Shown in pieces: positions 48,501 through 57,848 of a stretch of DNA of 59,708 bases. Below the pieces are notes generated by a model. The model made no database searches. It saw nothing but the letters and a program-made list of their open reading frames with translations, and was not told the DNA's origin. The stretch is from positions 1-59,708 of IMG/VR virus record IMGVR_UViG_3300014656_000031; one strand, 5' to 3'. This stretch comes from a virus (taxonomy: Duplodnaviria; Caudoviricetes). Both the position numbers and the translations under genes were made by a program. The first letter of the stretch is position 1. The number at the start of each line of letters is the position of its first letter.

Positions 48501-49545
48501 TTGTAGTTATTATAGGAGCTTCATATGATAACATTTCATAATAGTATCCTTTAAATTTTTCCTTTTCAATAAAGGATGTTACACTATCAATTAAAGTACT
48601 AGATATACATGGTGTGTAAATCAAATGCAGTTTGCCGTATTCAGGGTTTGACACCCACAAATACGGCATCGTTATACTAGCATCTGAAATTGTTACTGTT
48701 ACTGTAGCAGATATACATGCATTCTCCACAGCTTCAGAAGATTTTACTATACTACGAATATATCCACCAACTTTAAAATCTTGATAATCGTGTGCAGATA
48801 AATATGAATCTAATGTTGAAGGATCCCATGTTACAGCTGTTAACTCAACACCTTCTAATGTTCTATTTACAATACCATCTCTAAATCCAAAATAATTTGT
48901 ATAAGGAATGTAATACATTATTCCATTGCTGTCATTATCATATAATATTGTTTGATTGCTATTAACAGTTATTACATGAGGAATCTGAGTATTCTTCCAA
49001 TATGTTGTTTGTAAATCTAAGATACCATCTTTAGTGATTTTTAAGTCTGTGGGCACTACACTATTAACGAAATAAGGAATACATTGACCCACTTTACTAT
49101 TCGAATAACCTGATACCTCATGCAATTCTGTAGTATTATCATACCATACTGAATTCTCTTGATAGTCTACTATAAACCATAATAACACAGGCAAACAATT
49201 AGATGTTGGCAGATCATCTATATAATAAACTTGTGCGGACGCTGTATATACATCGGAAAATAATCCTGTAGCAGGGTACATAATTAAATCATTAATATAA
49301 TTCCCACTTAAATCTGTAAATCTCCACTCAGGTATTAAATGGGACCATTTATTCTGTGGAGATTGATACGGCTCAGATTTTGAATTTTGAGCGTATAAAT
49401 GGACCGTCTTGGGAATATTATCTTCCGCACTTAAATATACTGTAAAAGGAATCGAACTTTTACATGTTGCATAGCTTGGAGGGGCATTAACAACATTTAG
49501 TGCAACGGGATTCGCCGCTGAATTTTGTAAGGTATAAAGTGACAT
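45547..49545 (-). CDS. large baseplate protein with beta-propeller and BNR/Asp-box repeats
   Basis: SDNGGITW, SLDGGVTW, LNGGTTW; DxxxxIWV propeller repeats; follows gp6. Confidence 0.75.
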   Translation of the reverse strand: MSLYTLQNSAANPVALNVVNAPPSYATCKSSIPFTVYLSAEDNIPKTVHLYAQNSKSEPYQSPQNKWSHLIPEWRFTDLSGNYINDLIMYPATGLFSDVYTASAQVYYIDDLPTSNCLPVLLWFIVDYQENSVWYDNTTELHEVSGYSNSKVGQCIPYFVNSVVPTDLKITKDGILDLQTTYWKNTQIPHVITVNSNQTILYDNDSNGIMYYIPYTNYFGFRDGIVNRTLEGVELTAVTWDPSTLDSYLSAHDYQDFKVGGYIRSIVKSSEAVENACISATVTVTISDASITMPYLWVSNPEYGKLHLIYTPCISSTLIDSVTSFIEKEKFKGYYYEMLSYEAPIITTIPIDNPMGLSGFGGIFGIATNSDFSIWCTDSEMDAIYKYDTFGTRLCTIMVSSISVSALTPAGISLDSNYDFWVTLFDSPSLLKFDKYGTHLITVDCNYDLPIEESFDPLRKPPLAETDKEDNIWVSYSNPLCSCLYKYDTNGMGPCSIITLPLCSCPMDILIDANNDVWVTLTDHSVVSALSYSGEVVKYSNAIQVSSFNAVHPEYIAIDESENIWFTQDYNTVTRITVENSTTTDFKIGQGAMPWVTAGPLLEYNALEGIASITDDKIYVINSVENTLYQISDSNVSTVTLLYSAGPLNHYFKSAQAFGDWTGVRWQIKYGVLSHIISGDSMTLYGSSDLFDIEDYTGYDIRRYNESWNANEWMSNLYVQPHIKDNPVLWNGIMESAIGTDQPYSGIEGDGGGMFGRTVYEKAANYTKNHADISHANIDSVYSMAHETDVSIDDYGLVYPPELKRIMDIISVNQQYLWGSRCGCNKNIRNEYRTYLSGSELIEVDYLCDKCNHLHPGNRGSLFNPSSYIVTAYQPFIVRDAYLNLGYELITPPLSCEDIYNQSYIWSDITRSFPYPEKYFKYVAISDSGLKLVVIASIDVNTNGKMYISDNGGITWRSSSIKNVIDGIGQVDWRGLTLSSDGQIIYACEKSSGGTGGYMYRSLDGGVTWNYCPPILPYEWVYLEASSNGHTAIASTLTKIQYTFDIGDNWYEKYLSFGVFINGVGVSENGENLTFCTFGNYISTYSIGTPAWTQITNSTDNWQSITISNDGQTILVGRWADHPQITLNGGTTWTSITSLPLYTVPLKMAMNDTIFYMSRLFYNSNGFYTSFSNGDRWKLYDVAVNGSYPPAKSPSYNGLFILNGAIGNIFIGNYLREKINVNQNLCDVFQSATSCISTYPLSESYYWLLPHSYTVGTTANEEEFNIISDRYCFYEYIPVQCDTQIAGDINWDDSYTTLDETISGIEDWLGSEKTVEKIINYTLHKGLGLIDE

Positions 49546-49546
49546 T

Positions 49547-51382
49547 TTAATATTCTATCGATTCGTATACTTTGGTTATAGACTTAACTACAATTTTATT
49601 GACAAACGATTCTCTATTATTTAAATACAGATATTTAAAGTAGTTCATACTTAAATTCTTAGCTGTCAATTGTTTATCTGTTGGATACACGGGATTCCAC
49701 ACTAATATAGATAATCCATTATACATCATTGATGGATCATCCTTTCTACGAGTGTAAAAAGTTTTAACTCCTTGAATACCCAATATTTCGTTTGTCAAAT
49801 AATTAACATCCAGCTCTTTGCCTAATAACATATTAGTTCTACTGAAATATTCATCAAATTTATTATATATATCCAATTTTATTGAACTGTCGTCTCTTCT
49901 TGAATTTTCATTTTTTATAATATATAATTCGGTATAATTAACATCATTAGTATTAGCTATACCTCCTAATTCTGTAGGTAAACATACATCCGCGGCTATA
50001 TATACAGGATCTAGTACAATAAATTCAGACGTTAATGTTTTTACTCCTTTAATAGATGATATAATTAATTCTTTTTGAGCGGGAGTTAAAGTTGATGTAG
50101 GATTTTTAGTATCATTTATTGTTTTAGGAATAATTGTGCCGTATACATTATTAAAATTACACCCATCAGCAAATGCAATTTGATTGTATAATATGTTTGA
50201 AACATTATTAGGATCCTTTAATCCTAAATCATAATAATATTTTAACTGTTCAGTTATATATGTCCAATTGTTAACAACTTTTGTGTCATGTATTAAATTA
50301 GCAAAATTTGTTTTAATATAATTTTCATAATCCTGTTCAGTTACTAATCTATATTGTGATCTAAATATACCGGGAGCAGAAAGTTTAATAGCATCAGCGG
50401 ATTCTTCATTTTGATAATAAGTAGAGGGAGATATATTTTCAAATAACAAAAACTGTGATTGAGAAGTACTCATATATAATATTTCATTGTTTTGTTGTGC
50501 ATTTATATCTGCTAATATCTCATCAAAAGTTGTTGTCGAAAAGATCGCTAGTTTTCTACCACCAATAGCACCCGGACCCACTTCACCATTAACACCACTA
50601 GATTTTAAATAATAAATAGCTACCGTATCTCCACTACTTATTTTTTTACCATTAATATCATTTCCAAATTTAATTTCATAAATTTTTGATTCATTAAATC
50701 TTATTTCATATGTCTTACTACTTGAGTTTTCCATGTATAGAGTAGGGGCCCTTTTCCATTGTGTCCAAGTACCTTCATGCTTAACATAAACATCTATATT
50801 AAAATGGTCTACAATAAGATCTTTACCAGCTGAAAAGAATATAATTTCATTTTCATTTCCCACAGCTGTATAAAGAGCGTATTCTTGCCACTTGCCTTGA
50901 TACAACAATTTCTGTGTTGATACATCTGTTAATGGTTGTGCTGAACCAAAAGGTGTAGTTTTAGCCCACGTAATATCTTCATTGAAAGAATAAGGAGCTG
51001 CATCATTTTGAATATACGAATATCTTGGTATTGTATACAGTCCTGGTGTATAATTTTCTAGCGCAGATAGCCCAAAAGACAATGTTGCTGATTGACGTCC
51101 CACAGGTTTATAATCTAGTAAAGACACTATACGGCTCATGTTTTCATATAATTGTGCCTCTGAAAACAATGTTTCTGTAGATGTTCTATTTAAATAATAC
51201 ATTAATGCATGAAAAGTATATGCAATAACTTCGATAATAGTGGAAAGATAACTGCCTTCATAATTTTGATCTGTAAAGACATTGTTTTCAGTTAGTCTAT
51301 CTTTAATAAACTGTTTAAGGTTTAAAGCATCGAATACTAAATATCCGTCTCGAGGTATCGTAAAATTTGTGTTGTCTGCCAT
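49547..51382 (-). CDS. gp6: baseplate wedge subunit (T4 gp6-like)
   Basis: FTDQNYEGSYLS, YEIKFGNDINGK, SQYRLVTEQDYE. Confidence 0.88.
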   Translation of the reverse strand: MADNTNFTIPRDGYLVFDALNLKQFIKDRLTENNVFTDQNYEGSYLSTIIEVIAYTFHALMYYLNRTSTETLFSEAQLYENMSRIVSLLDYKPVGRQSATLSFGLSALENYTPGLYTIPRYSYIQNDAAPYSFNEDITWAKTTPFGSAQPLTDVSTQKLLYQGKWQEYALYTAVGNENEIIFFSAGKDLIVDHFNIDVYVKHEGTWTQWKRAPTLYMENSSSKTYEIRFNESKIYEIKFGNDINGKKISSGDTVAIYYLKSSGVNGEVGPGAIGGRKLAIFSTTTFDEILADINAQQNNEILYMSTSQSQFLLFENISPSTYYQNEESADAIKLSAPGIFRSQYRLVTEQDYENYIKTNFANLIHDTKVVNNWTYITEQLKYYYDLGLKDPNNVSNILYNQIAFADGCNFNNVYGTIIPKTINDTKNPTSTLTPAQKELIISSIKGVKTLTSEFIVLDPVYIAADVCLPTELGGIANTNDVNYTELYIIKNENSRRDDSSIKLDIYNKFDEYFSRTNMLLGKELDVNYLTNEILGIQGVKTFYTRRKDDPSMMYNGLSILVWNPVYPTDKQLTAKNLSMNYFKYLYLNNRESFVNKIVVKSITKVYESIEY

Positions 51383-51385
51383 ATA

Positions 51386-51856
51386 TTACTCCCTAATCAA
51401 ATATCCTTCTTTTGTAAAAATGCCCTTTATAGAAAACGTTTGTTTATTATATCCAGGTATACGTACATTAATAGTTACCTCATATTCTTGTGTATCTATA
51501 AATGCATCTACATTAATATTTACTACTTGTATTCTAGGCTCCCATGTTTCTATCGAATCTTTAATTGAGCTGCCAAGGGCCTTGGCATGAATTTCATCAA
51601 TTGGTTCGAACAAAAACCTTCTTAAATCCTCGCCATAATTCGGTAACAGAAACCTTTCACCTGGAGCTGTATTAAACAAATTTTTAAGCGAATTGTGAAT
51701 TGCGCGTAAATCAAAAGCCACTTTAATGTCCCTATTAGTTGTATTTATACCAGAACCTATGATCTTTTCCTCAATATCTAAAAACAAATCGACATAAGTA
51801 TAGTCTTCTACATTTAATTGCGTGTTTTTTAAACTATCAAATTTAATAGATGCCAT
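51386..51856 (-). CDS. gp25: baseplate wedge subunit (T4 gp25-like)
   Basis: NLFNTAPGERFLLPNYG..LFEP..IETWEPRI. Confidence 0.9.
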   Translation of the reverse strand: MASIKFDSLKNTQLNVEDYTYVDLFLDIEEKIIGSGINTTNRDIKVAFDLRAIHNSLKNLFNTAPGERFLLPNYGEDLRRFLFEPIDEIHAKALGSSIKDSIETWEPRIQVVNINVDAFIDTQEYEVTINVRIPGYNKQTFSIKGIFTKEGYLIRE

Positions 51857-51916
51857 TTTTTCTTTCCAGTTTACATAAATATTTATAAAGATATTCATAT
51901 TTTAAAGGAGCATTTT

Positions 51917-52807
51917 ATGAACAATTTCCGTGGGAAGTACGAACAAATACATGAAGATACATTATACCGTTTCCAACAAGGCGGCTTTTTGGCGGGTGAT
52001 TATGTAGCTATAAAGAAAGATGCATTGCAAAGTGAAATGGTCGACAAACTAACTAATACCACTAAAGAGATGTTGAAAGCATTAATTAAACAACAAATAC
52101 CTCTGCGTATTAGTTATATCAAGTCAGCCACTTCAGAGGCAATGTCCGGGCCAGTTGGTGCAGCTAATGTTCCTGGTTGTTTATGGGCAGATGTTGTTAT
52201 TGAATATGCTCCTGGTATGTGGAAAAATCCAATGACACTTCCGTTAGCTGTTCTAGAAAAATTAACCCCTGAAAATGAAGCAGAGGGATATAGACCGTAT
52301 TCTAAAGAACTAAAAAGAAAAAACAGAAACGATAGCAGCGAAGCATCTCCTGACAAATTTAGAGATGAACAAACAAAGGGCAAAGATAAAGAACGCCAAT
52401 TAACCACTAAAAACACTAAGCTAGCACACACTAAAGATCCTAGAGACGGCCGCGAGGGATTAAAAGTTAAAGAATCTAATGAAAAAATTCGTACAAATGA
52501 ATATGAATTAATTGCTGAAGCATACGGTCAAGTTTCTGTATTAGAAGCTTTGCAAAGTAAACTAGTAGATTTCTATAATAACATTTCTGGTTCCTATCAA
52601 ACCATAAGCTCAGATGAATTGTTTAAACTTATTACCGATACTGTTTCAGGACTAGAAATTAAACCCAGCAGCAAAAATATCATAATACAAAATGCTACCA
52701 AAATTTACAAATTAGGCAAAGCTCGTGGAATACCAGATGGTAAAATTAATTTTGAATTCATTAAATATCTAGGCAATTCAATTAATAAATTTGAAACAAT
52801 GAGGTAA
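51917..52807 (+). CDS. hypothetical, putative head-associated protein
   Basis: AAGGAG RBS, late motif at 51875, internal ELIAEAY. Confidence 0.7.
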   Translation: MNNFRGKYEQIHEDTLYRFQQGGFLAGDYVAIKKDALQSEMVDKLTNTTKEMLKALIKQQIPLRISYIKSATSEAMSGPVGAANVPGCLWADVVIEYAPGMWKNPMTLPLAVLEKLTPENEAEGYRPYSKELKRKNRNDSSEASPDKFRDEQTKGKDKERQLTTKNTKLAHTKDPRDGREGLKVKESNEKIRTNEYELIAEAYGQVSVLEALQSKLVDFYNNISGSYQTISSDELFKLITDTVSGLEIKPSSKNIIIQNATKIYKLGKARGIPDGKINFEFIKYLGNSINKFETMR

Positions 52808-52808
52808 T

Positions 52809-53327
52809 ATGAACAAAGAACGCCATTCAGATTATAAATTGCTTGCTGAAGCTTATTCCCAAGTTAATAATATGGAATCTGCTGTTTGGGAAGTAGAGGA
52901 TTATATTGAACAATATAACACAAAAAAGGCTGATAGGACTTGGCAAGATCCAACTAAAAGCAAATCCTTTATGGTCCAAATACAACATATTGCTCAAAAA
53001 TACGGAGTTGATCCTAACGAATTATACAAACAATTTGTTGAGGTTGATGAAGGTGATATAATGGAAACAGAATCTTTTGATAATGTAACCCATCAGCAAG
53101 GTATGGGAAATGAACAAATTAGAAAATTAAATGATTGCTTAAAAATTCCTGGCATGAAGGATTTGGGCTGGGTAAATAGTTGGGCCAGAATTCCTGAAAT
53201 CGTAAAATATTGTAATGATCACAATCATAAAAGAGTGGGTGGAACTAAAGGTCATAAATTTAGTGGTATAACTATCACATGTTGTCCACTATGCAAATTC
53301 TTCTACCAAACCGATGCTGGGGACTAA
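52809..53327 (+). CDS. hypothetical, putative internal head protein with C-terminal Zn motif
   Basis: DYKLLAEAY; C..H..CPLC. Confidence 0.7.
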   Translation: MNKERHSDYKLLAEAYSQVNNMESAVWEVEDYIEQYNTKKADRTWQDPTKSKSFMVQIQHIAQKYGVDPNELYKQFVEVDEGDIMETESFDNVTHQQGMGNEQIRKLNDCLKIPGMKDLGWVNSWARIPEIVKYCNDHNHKRVGGTKGHKFSGITITCCPLCKFFYQTDAGD

Positions 53328-54256
53328 AGAACACTTACCAGTTCTAATAAACAACAATATGCATTAATTTCAAAATCTAATACAAATTGATGTTTGTATA
53401 ATGCACTTCCAATTATTAATAATGCCTTTTTCTTTGTATCTATTTTTATTTCTGAATTATACACTGCTTCAAATAAACACTTTAGAAAAACATGATAATC
53501 GTTATTAAATTCTGTTTCATTATCTATAACATATTTTCTAATATCGTCCGTGTGCTCTTTATTATCGATCATTTTTAAAACAGTAGAAACAATACTATTA
53601 TCTAGTGCTTCATTTTGTATGTGTAATATACCGTTCTTAGTATTCTTTTGAACAATATTGATCATTTTACGCAAATCAGGATAACACGATGTTAATAAAT
53701 CGCGCAGTTTTTCTTTTTGATCTGGAGGAACTTGTATATTTTCACTTTTTATCACATGTACTACCCGTTTAATGCAAGATCGCAAAGGGGGTAGCATGTC
53801 AAACGATTGAACGCGCGATAAAAGAGGCTTGCATATTCTATTTTTATAATTGGCAGTTAAGACAAATCTAATATTAGCACTATATTCTTCCATAATGTTT
53901 CGTAGTGCCCGCTGACTATCAGATGTTAACCCATCTGCTTCATCTAATATGATAACTTTAATCTTTCCATCTAGTGATTTTGTTTGTGCAAAAGGAACAA
54001 CTTTTTCTCGAATAGAGTCAATTCCTCTTTCATCACTAGCATTAATATATCTGTACATTAAATCTAATTCTTTTACTAATATTTTAGCTAACGATGTTTT
54101 TCCTAAACCAGCAGGACCACATAATAAAACGTGTGGAATTTCTCCTGATTTAACAATATTCTCCGCCCAGTCCCTAACTTCAGCCGATAACACTATTTCA
54201 GACAATATCTGAGGTCTATATTTTTCAACTAAAAGATTATTAAACATTTCTGACAT
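53324..54256 (-). CDS. gp44: sliding-clamp loader ATPase (T4 gp44 / RFC small subunit)
   Basis: VEKYRP, GPAGLGKT, INASDERGID, ILDEAD. Confidence 0.92.
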   Translation of the reverse strand: MSEMFNNLLVEKYRPQILSEIVLSAEVRDWAENIVKSGEIPHVLLCGPAGLGKTSLAKILVKELDLMYRYINASDERGIDSIREKVVPFAQTKSLDGKIKVIILDEADGLTSDSQRALRNIMEEYSANIRFVLTANYKNRICKPLLSRVQSFDMLPPLRSCIKRVVHVIKSENIQVPPDQKEKLRDLLTSCYPDLRKMINIVQKNTKNGILHIQNEALDNSIVSTVLKMIDNKEHTDDIRKYVIDNETEFNNDYHVFLKCLFEAVYNSEIKIDTKKKALLIIGSALYKHQFVLDFEINAYCCLLELVSVL

Positions 54257-54259
54257 ATT

Positions 54260-54553
54260 TTACTTTCCAGAGGAACCAAAGCCTTTTTCTCCTCTTTGGG
54301 TTTCATGAATTTCTTCTGCCCATTCTATTTTTACATCAACTAATGGATAAAATACCAATTGTGCAATTCGTTCGCCTTTCTTAACTTCATAATCATTATC
54401 TGAAAGATTATAAAGCTTAATGCCGCAATTGCCACGATAACAGTTATGTACACACATATTATTTGCAAAAAAATTATGATTCTTTTTAACTTCAAGGTGA
54501 TAAATATCCGCATTCTTAGCTTTTTTTATTGTTTTGATTTTTATATATTTCAT
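54260..54553 (-). CDS. dut: split intein C-fragment (37 aa) + dUTPase C-extein
   Basis: IYHLEVKKNHNFFANNMCVHN/CYRG...GERIAQL...RGEKGFGSSG. Confidence 0.9.
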   Translation of the reverse strand: MKYIKIKTIKKAKNADIYHLEVKKNHNFFANNMCVHNCYRGNCGIKLYNLSDNDYEVKKGERIAQLVFYPLVDVKIEWAEEIHETQRGEKGFGSSGK

Positions 54554-55364
54554 TTTTTATCCTTATTAACACGTCTTCTCTTTTATCTTTCCATTCAGAT
54601 TCCCAAATAATTATTATATTATAATGATAACGATTATAAATATCAAGTTTAAACTTATCTCTTTCCCATATATCTTTTGCAAATTTTTGCAACTTTGGAT
54701 TATAATATTCTGCACTAAAATATTCAGGATTACAATGAAAAAAATCACCATTACATTCTATTACCACATTGCTATTTGCTACAATATCAGGATAAATATA
54801 TTTTCCTTTGTCATACTCAATCCGTTGATTGCTTTTTATCCTATCTGGACCAAAAATATCTATTAAACAATTTTTAATATGAATTTCAAATGCCGACGTA
54901 CTGTTTAAGTTTCTACAATTTGTACAAAATAATTCAATATTTAAATTTTTATTTATTTCATTTATCTGTTCTTCATGAAATGTTCCACATTTGGTACACT
55001 GTAAAATCTTTTGGCCTGCTTTATAATGGCATTTTTTAGAACAATATCTGGCGTTTTTTCTATAATTCCAAACCTTAAATTCTTTTTTACAGAATTCGCA
55101 TACTTTTGTTACTTTAGCTTTTTTATCTTCACTGTATTTTGTTCTTCCTGTTTTTTGTGCATGTTCACTACTACATTTGCGTGAACAGAATATAGTTTTA
55201 AGATATCCCATAACTTCAAATGAAGTACCACAATTAAGACATGTCTTTTGTTTGCGGTTTTTATTAAAATTAGCACTACACTGTCTTGAACAAAATTTAG
55301 CATTACGCCACGATTTCACTAAAAATCTCTTTTTACAAAATTTACAAATTACATCTTTATTCAT
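54516..55364 (-). CDS. free-standing endonuclease, Zn-finger repeats + Vsr/DUF559-like domain
   Basis: repeated CxxC..F..FCSxxC; YPD..VIECNGDFFH..IIWESEW. Confidence 0.82.
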   Translation of the reverse strand: MNKDVICKFCKKRFLVKSWRNAKFCSRQCSANFNKNRKQKTCLNCGTSFEVMGYLKTIFCSRKCSSEHAQKTGRTKYSEDKKAKVTKVCEFCKKEFKVWNYRKNARYCSKKCHYKAGQKILQCTKCGTFHEEQINEINKNLNIELFCTNCRNLNSTSAFEIHIKNCLIDIFGPDRIKSNQRIEYDKGKYIYPDIVANSNVVIECNGDFFHCNPEYFSAEYYNPKLQKFAKDIWERDKFKLDIYNRYHYNIIIIWESEWKDKREDVLIRIKNEIYKNQNNKKS

Positions 55365-55413
55365 AATCTATAAATATTTATCATTATTGACAACATTTAT
55401 CGGGGCTATTTTG

Positions 55414-56013
55414 TTAAAAGGTTAAAACATAGTCTGTATCACGCAAATCTTGTGCTTTTTTCCAACCAGTCTTTGTTAATATCAATTTTGTTGGAGGAAG
55501 TTGTAGAATATCTCCATTTTCAGTTTCAATTTCTAACATTTCTTGATTTTGCACAGTCCACATTTCTTTTATAGAATCGATTTCTTTATCACATTTCTCT
55601 TCATTATATGAAAATATATATGGAACATTGTTTTTTGAATATAAATCTTCGACTAAAATATCCCCCTCAACAGTTTTGATAATAGTGCCTTTTGGAACAC
55701 AATTATCCACAATTCCTGGGTGAGGTTGAATTCCATGTTTAAAGCCGAGGCCAGAACGAGCTTCTATTTTAAACCAATAGCCCGGTTGTATATACGCAAT
55801 ATCTATACCAGTATCTACTACCTTAGAACCTTTTGCAGGAATAATAACATCTTCTACTGAACACACATCATAACCTGTATCTCCACTAGACTCTATCCAT
55901 AATGGAGTCCAAGGATTGCCGTCTTTATCTTTTATACCATTATAAACAGGCTCATGTTTTCTAACAGGCAGACGAGCATCAGGATGCTTTTTAAGAAATT
56001 TTACTTCTATCAT
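55414..56013 (-). CDS. dut: dUTPase N-extein + split intein N-fragment (95 aa)
   Basis: DTGYDV, ARSGLG, PGIVDN/CVPKGT...GWKKAQDL. Confidence 0.9.
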   Translation of the reverse strand: MIEVKFLKKHPDARLPVRKHEPVYNGIKDKDGNPWTPLWIESSGDTGYDVCSVEDVIIPAKGSKVVDTGIDIAYIQPGYWFKIEARSGLGFKHGIQPHPGIVDNCVPKGTIIKTVEGDILVEDLYSKNNVPYIFSYNEEKCDKEIDSIKEMWTVQNQEMLEIETENGDILQLPPTKLILTKTGWKKAQDLRDTDYVLTF

Positions 56014-56014
56014 A

Positions 56015-56185
56015 TTATTCTACCAATAGTTGACGAGGATCTGTATTGTCGCCTGTAACTTCACGAATTTCTTGTTTAGGTTGATTAGGGGTTATTGCAT
56101 TATTCACTAGCCAATTTACTAGCTCGCCTATTTTGTTTCCTGGTACTAACCACGTTTTTCCGTTTACTACTATTCTTATTTCCAT
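56015..56185 (-). CDS. 56-aa hypothetical (below cutoff)
   Basis: AAGGAG RBS; MEIRIVVNGKTW...DPRQLLVE*. Confidence 0.65.
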   Translation of the reverse strand: MEIRIVVNGKTWLVPGNKIGELVNWLVNNAITPNQPKQEIREVTGDNTDPRQLLVE

Positions 56186-56396
56186 TTATATTCTCCTTAT
56201 TTTCTATTTCCGTCAATTTTTCTACTTGACAATCAATATACTGTTTTAATAAACTATTCACAGCATAATTAACCAATTCTGCTTTATCTTCTTTAATTCT
56301 TTTAAGTCCTTCTTTAGCTAATATATTATATTCCTTATCTGAAATGTCTAGATCATATTTATAATATTCTTCTTTTCGTTCATTTATAAGATTCAT
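56100..56396 (-). CDS. hypothetical protein
   Basis: AAGGAGG RBS; TTGATT-16 bp-TATTAT upstream. Confidence 0.7.
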   Translation of the reverse strand: MNLINERKEEYYKYDLDISDKEYNILAKEGLKRIKEDKAELVNYAVNSLLKQYIDCQVEKLTEIENKENINGNKNSSKRKNVVSTRKQNRRASKLASE

Positions 56397-56462
56397 ATTA
56401 CCTCCTTATTAATATAATATATTGAAATTTGAAAAAATCAATGATCAACATAAATATTTTTA

Positions 56463-56999
56463 ATGAAAGACAATGAATTAGACGAAATTAATGATTTGGT
56501 TGACCAATTAAAAGAAACTAAAAAGCTGGGAAATTTTATAGCTAATAATATTCCCCCTCCTGATACAACAAAAGATCCTGTAGTTACTGAAGACACGATT
56601 AATGATTTTATTTTAAACACAGCTTCCAAGTTAATACAACAAGGATTAGATTCTGCAGAATTTGTAAAAACACAAGCACTAGGTAGTGGATCTGCAGAAG
56701 AAATAGAAGCATATGCTAAACTAATTACATCAGTCGCTAGTGCTATTGATACACTAAATAAAGTCAACATCCAAAATAAAAAAGCTAAAGCATCCAAAGA
56801 AATCAAACAAATGGAATTGGATAATTCTAAAAATCTATTAGATAAATACGAAGTTAAAAATCAAACTAATAATATTCTAATAGCAACTCGAGATGAAATT
56901 ATGAAACAATTAATAGAGGTTGCCACTAAAGAAGAGGAACCTGCTATTGATGTTGATTATGATGTTATAGGCGAAAAAAATCCCTCACCTGAAAAATGA
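56463..56999 (+). CDS. probable terminase small subunit (gp16-like)
   Basis: helical body, C-terminal TNNILIATRDEIMKQL recalling T4-like gp16; late motif upstream. Confidence 0.5.
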   Translation: MKDNELDEINDLVDQLKETKKLGNFIANNIPPPDTTKDPVVTEDTINDFILNTASKLIQQGLDSAEFVKTQALGSGSAEEIEAYAKLITSVASAIDTLNKVNIQNKKAKASKEIKQMELDNSKNLLDKYEVKNQTNNILIATRDEIMKQLIEVATKEEEPAIDVDYDVIGEKNPSPEK

Positions 57000-57012
57000 G
57001 GGATTTAATTTT
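56974..57012. terminator. hairpin between convergent genes
   Basis: AAATCCCTCA/TGAGGGATTT with A- and T-rich flanks. Confidence 0.65.
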
Positions 57013-57026
57013 ATTTTAAACTGCTT

Positions 57027-57818
57027 TTACAAACAAGCTTCTACTTCATACAATCTTGTGTGTTCCGCTTGTGATGTCCAGGAGTTCCACATAGGATTGC
57101 CATCTATAGACACTCCTGATGAATACTTGCCTGATGTGTCATATAAATATGCTGAGTAGTAATAATCTGTTTGATCATCTAATCCTGTGTCAGTATATGA
57201 TACTCCACAAGCCATATATACTGTTGATGCATGCCATGTATTATATGCTGATGGATATGTTACAGTTGATCGTGCAATTCTACAGCCTGAAATATCTGTA
57301 TCGCCTGGATATGTCCATGTTAGCTCTATTTGATTTATGCCTTCTGTATTAGCAGCAAAATTATTAGCACCGCTTGGCGATCGTTGATCTCCCAAAGCTG
57401 ATAAATAATAACTCCACTCAACCCCATCATAATCACTTAATGTAAATCCAGGATCTCCTGCTGATAATTGAGCATATGTTACTGCAGATAATGCAATTAA
57501 TGATTCAGCACTATCAGCATGATAATATGTATTATATACAGTTACTGTATAAAACAGTGCATCTGTTGCTCCACCAACACCAATACCATCAAGATCTGTT
57601 GTTAATATTAAAGGTATTGTTGCTGTAGTTTCAAATGCTATTGTAACAGACGGATTATGACTTGATATCATAACACCAAAAACTTGTACACCGCTTACAC
57701 TTGAAACTGCATCAGTAGCACATTCAAATTCTAAACTGGTATGATATACTGTATTTAAACCGTATGCTTGAGTTACTTCAAAAATCGACCCATTAGTCGT
57801 CATTAGTGGATTTGACAT
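57027..57818 (-). CDS. fibronectin type III protein, possible capsid decoration protein
   Basis: IELTWTYP...SYTDTGL..TDYYYSAY; downstream of capsid gene. Confidence 0.72.
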   Translation of the reverse strand: MSNPLMTTNGSIFEVTQAYGLNTVYHTSLEFECATDAVSSVSGVQVFGVMISSHNPSVTIAFETTATIPLILTTDLDGIGVGGATDALFYTVTVYNTYYHADSAESLIALSAVTYAQLSAGDPGFTLSDYDGVEWSYYLSALGDQRSPSGANNFAANTEGINQIELTWTYPGDTDISGCRIARSTVTYPSAYNTWHASTVYMACGVSYTDTGLDDQTDYYYSAYLYDTSGKYSSGVSIDGNPMWNSWTSQAEHTRLYEVEACL

Positions 57819-57848
57819 ATATAATTCTCCTATTATTCTTTTAAATAT

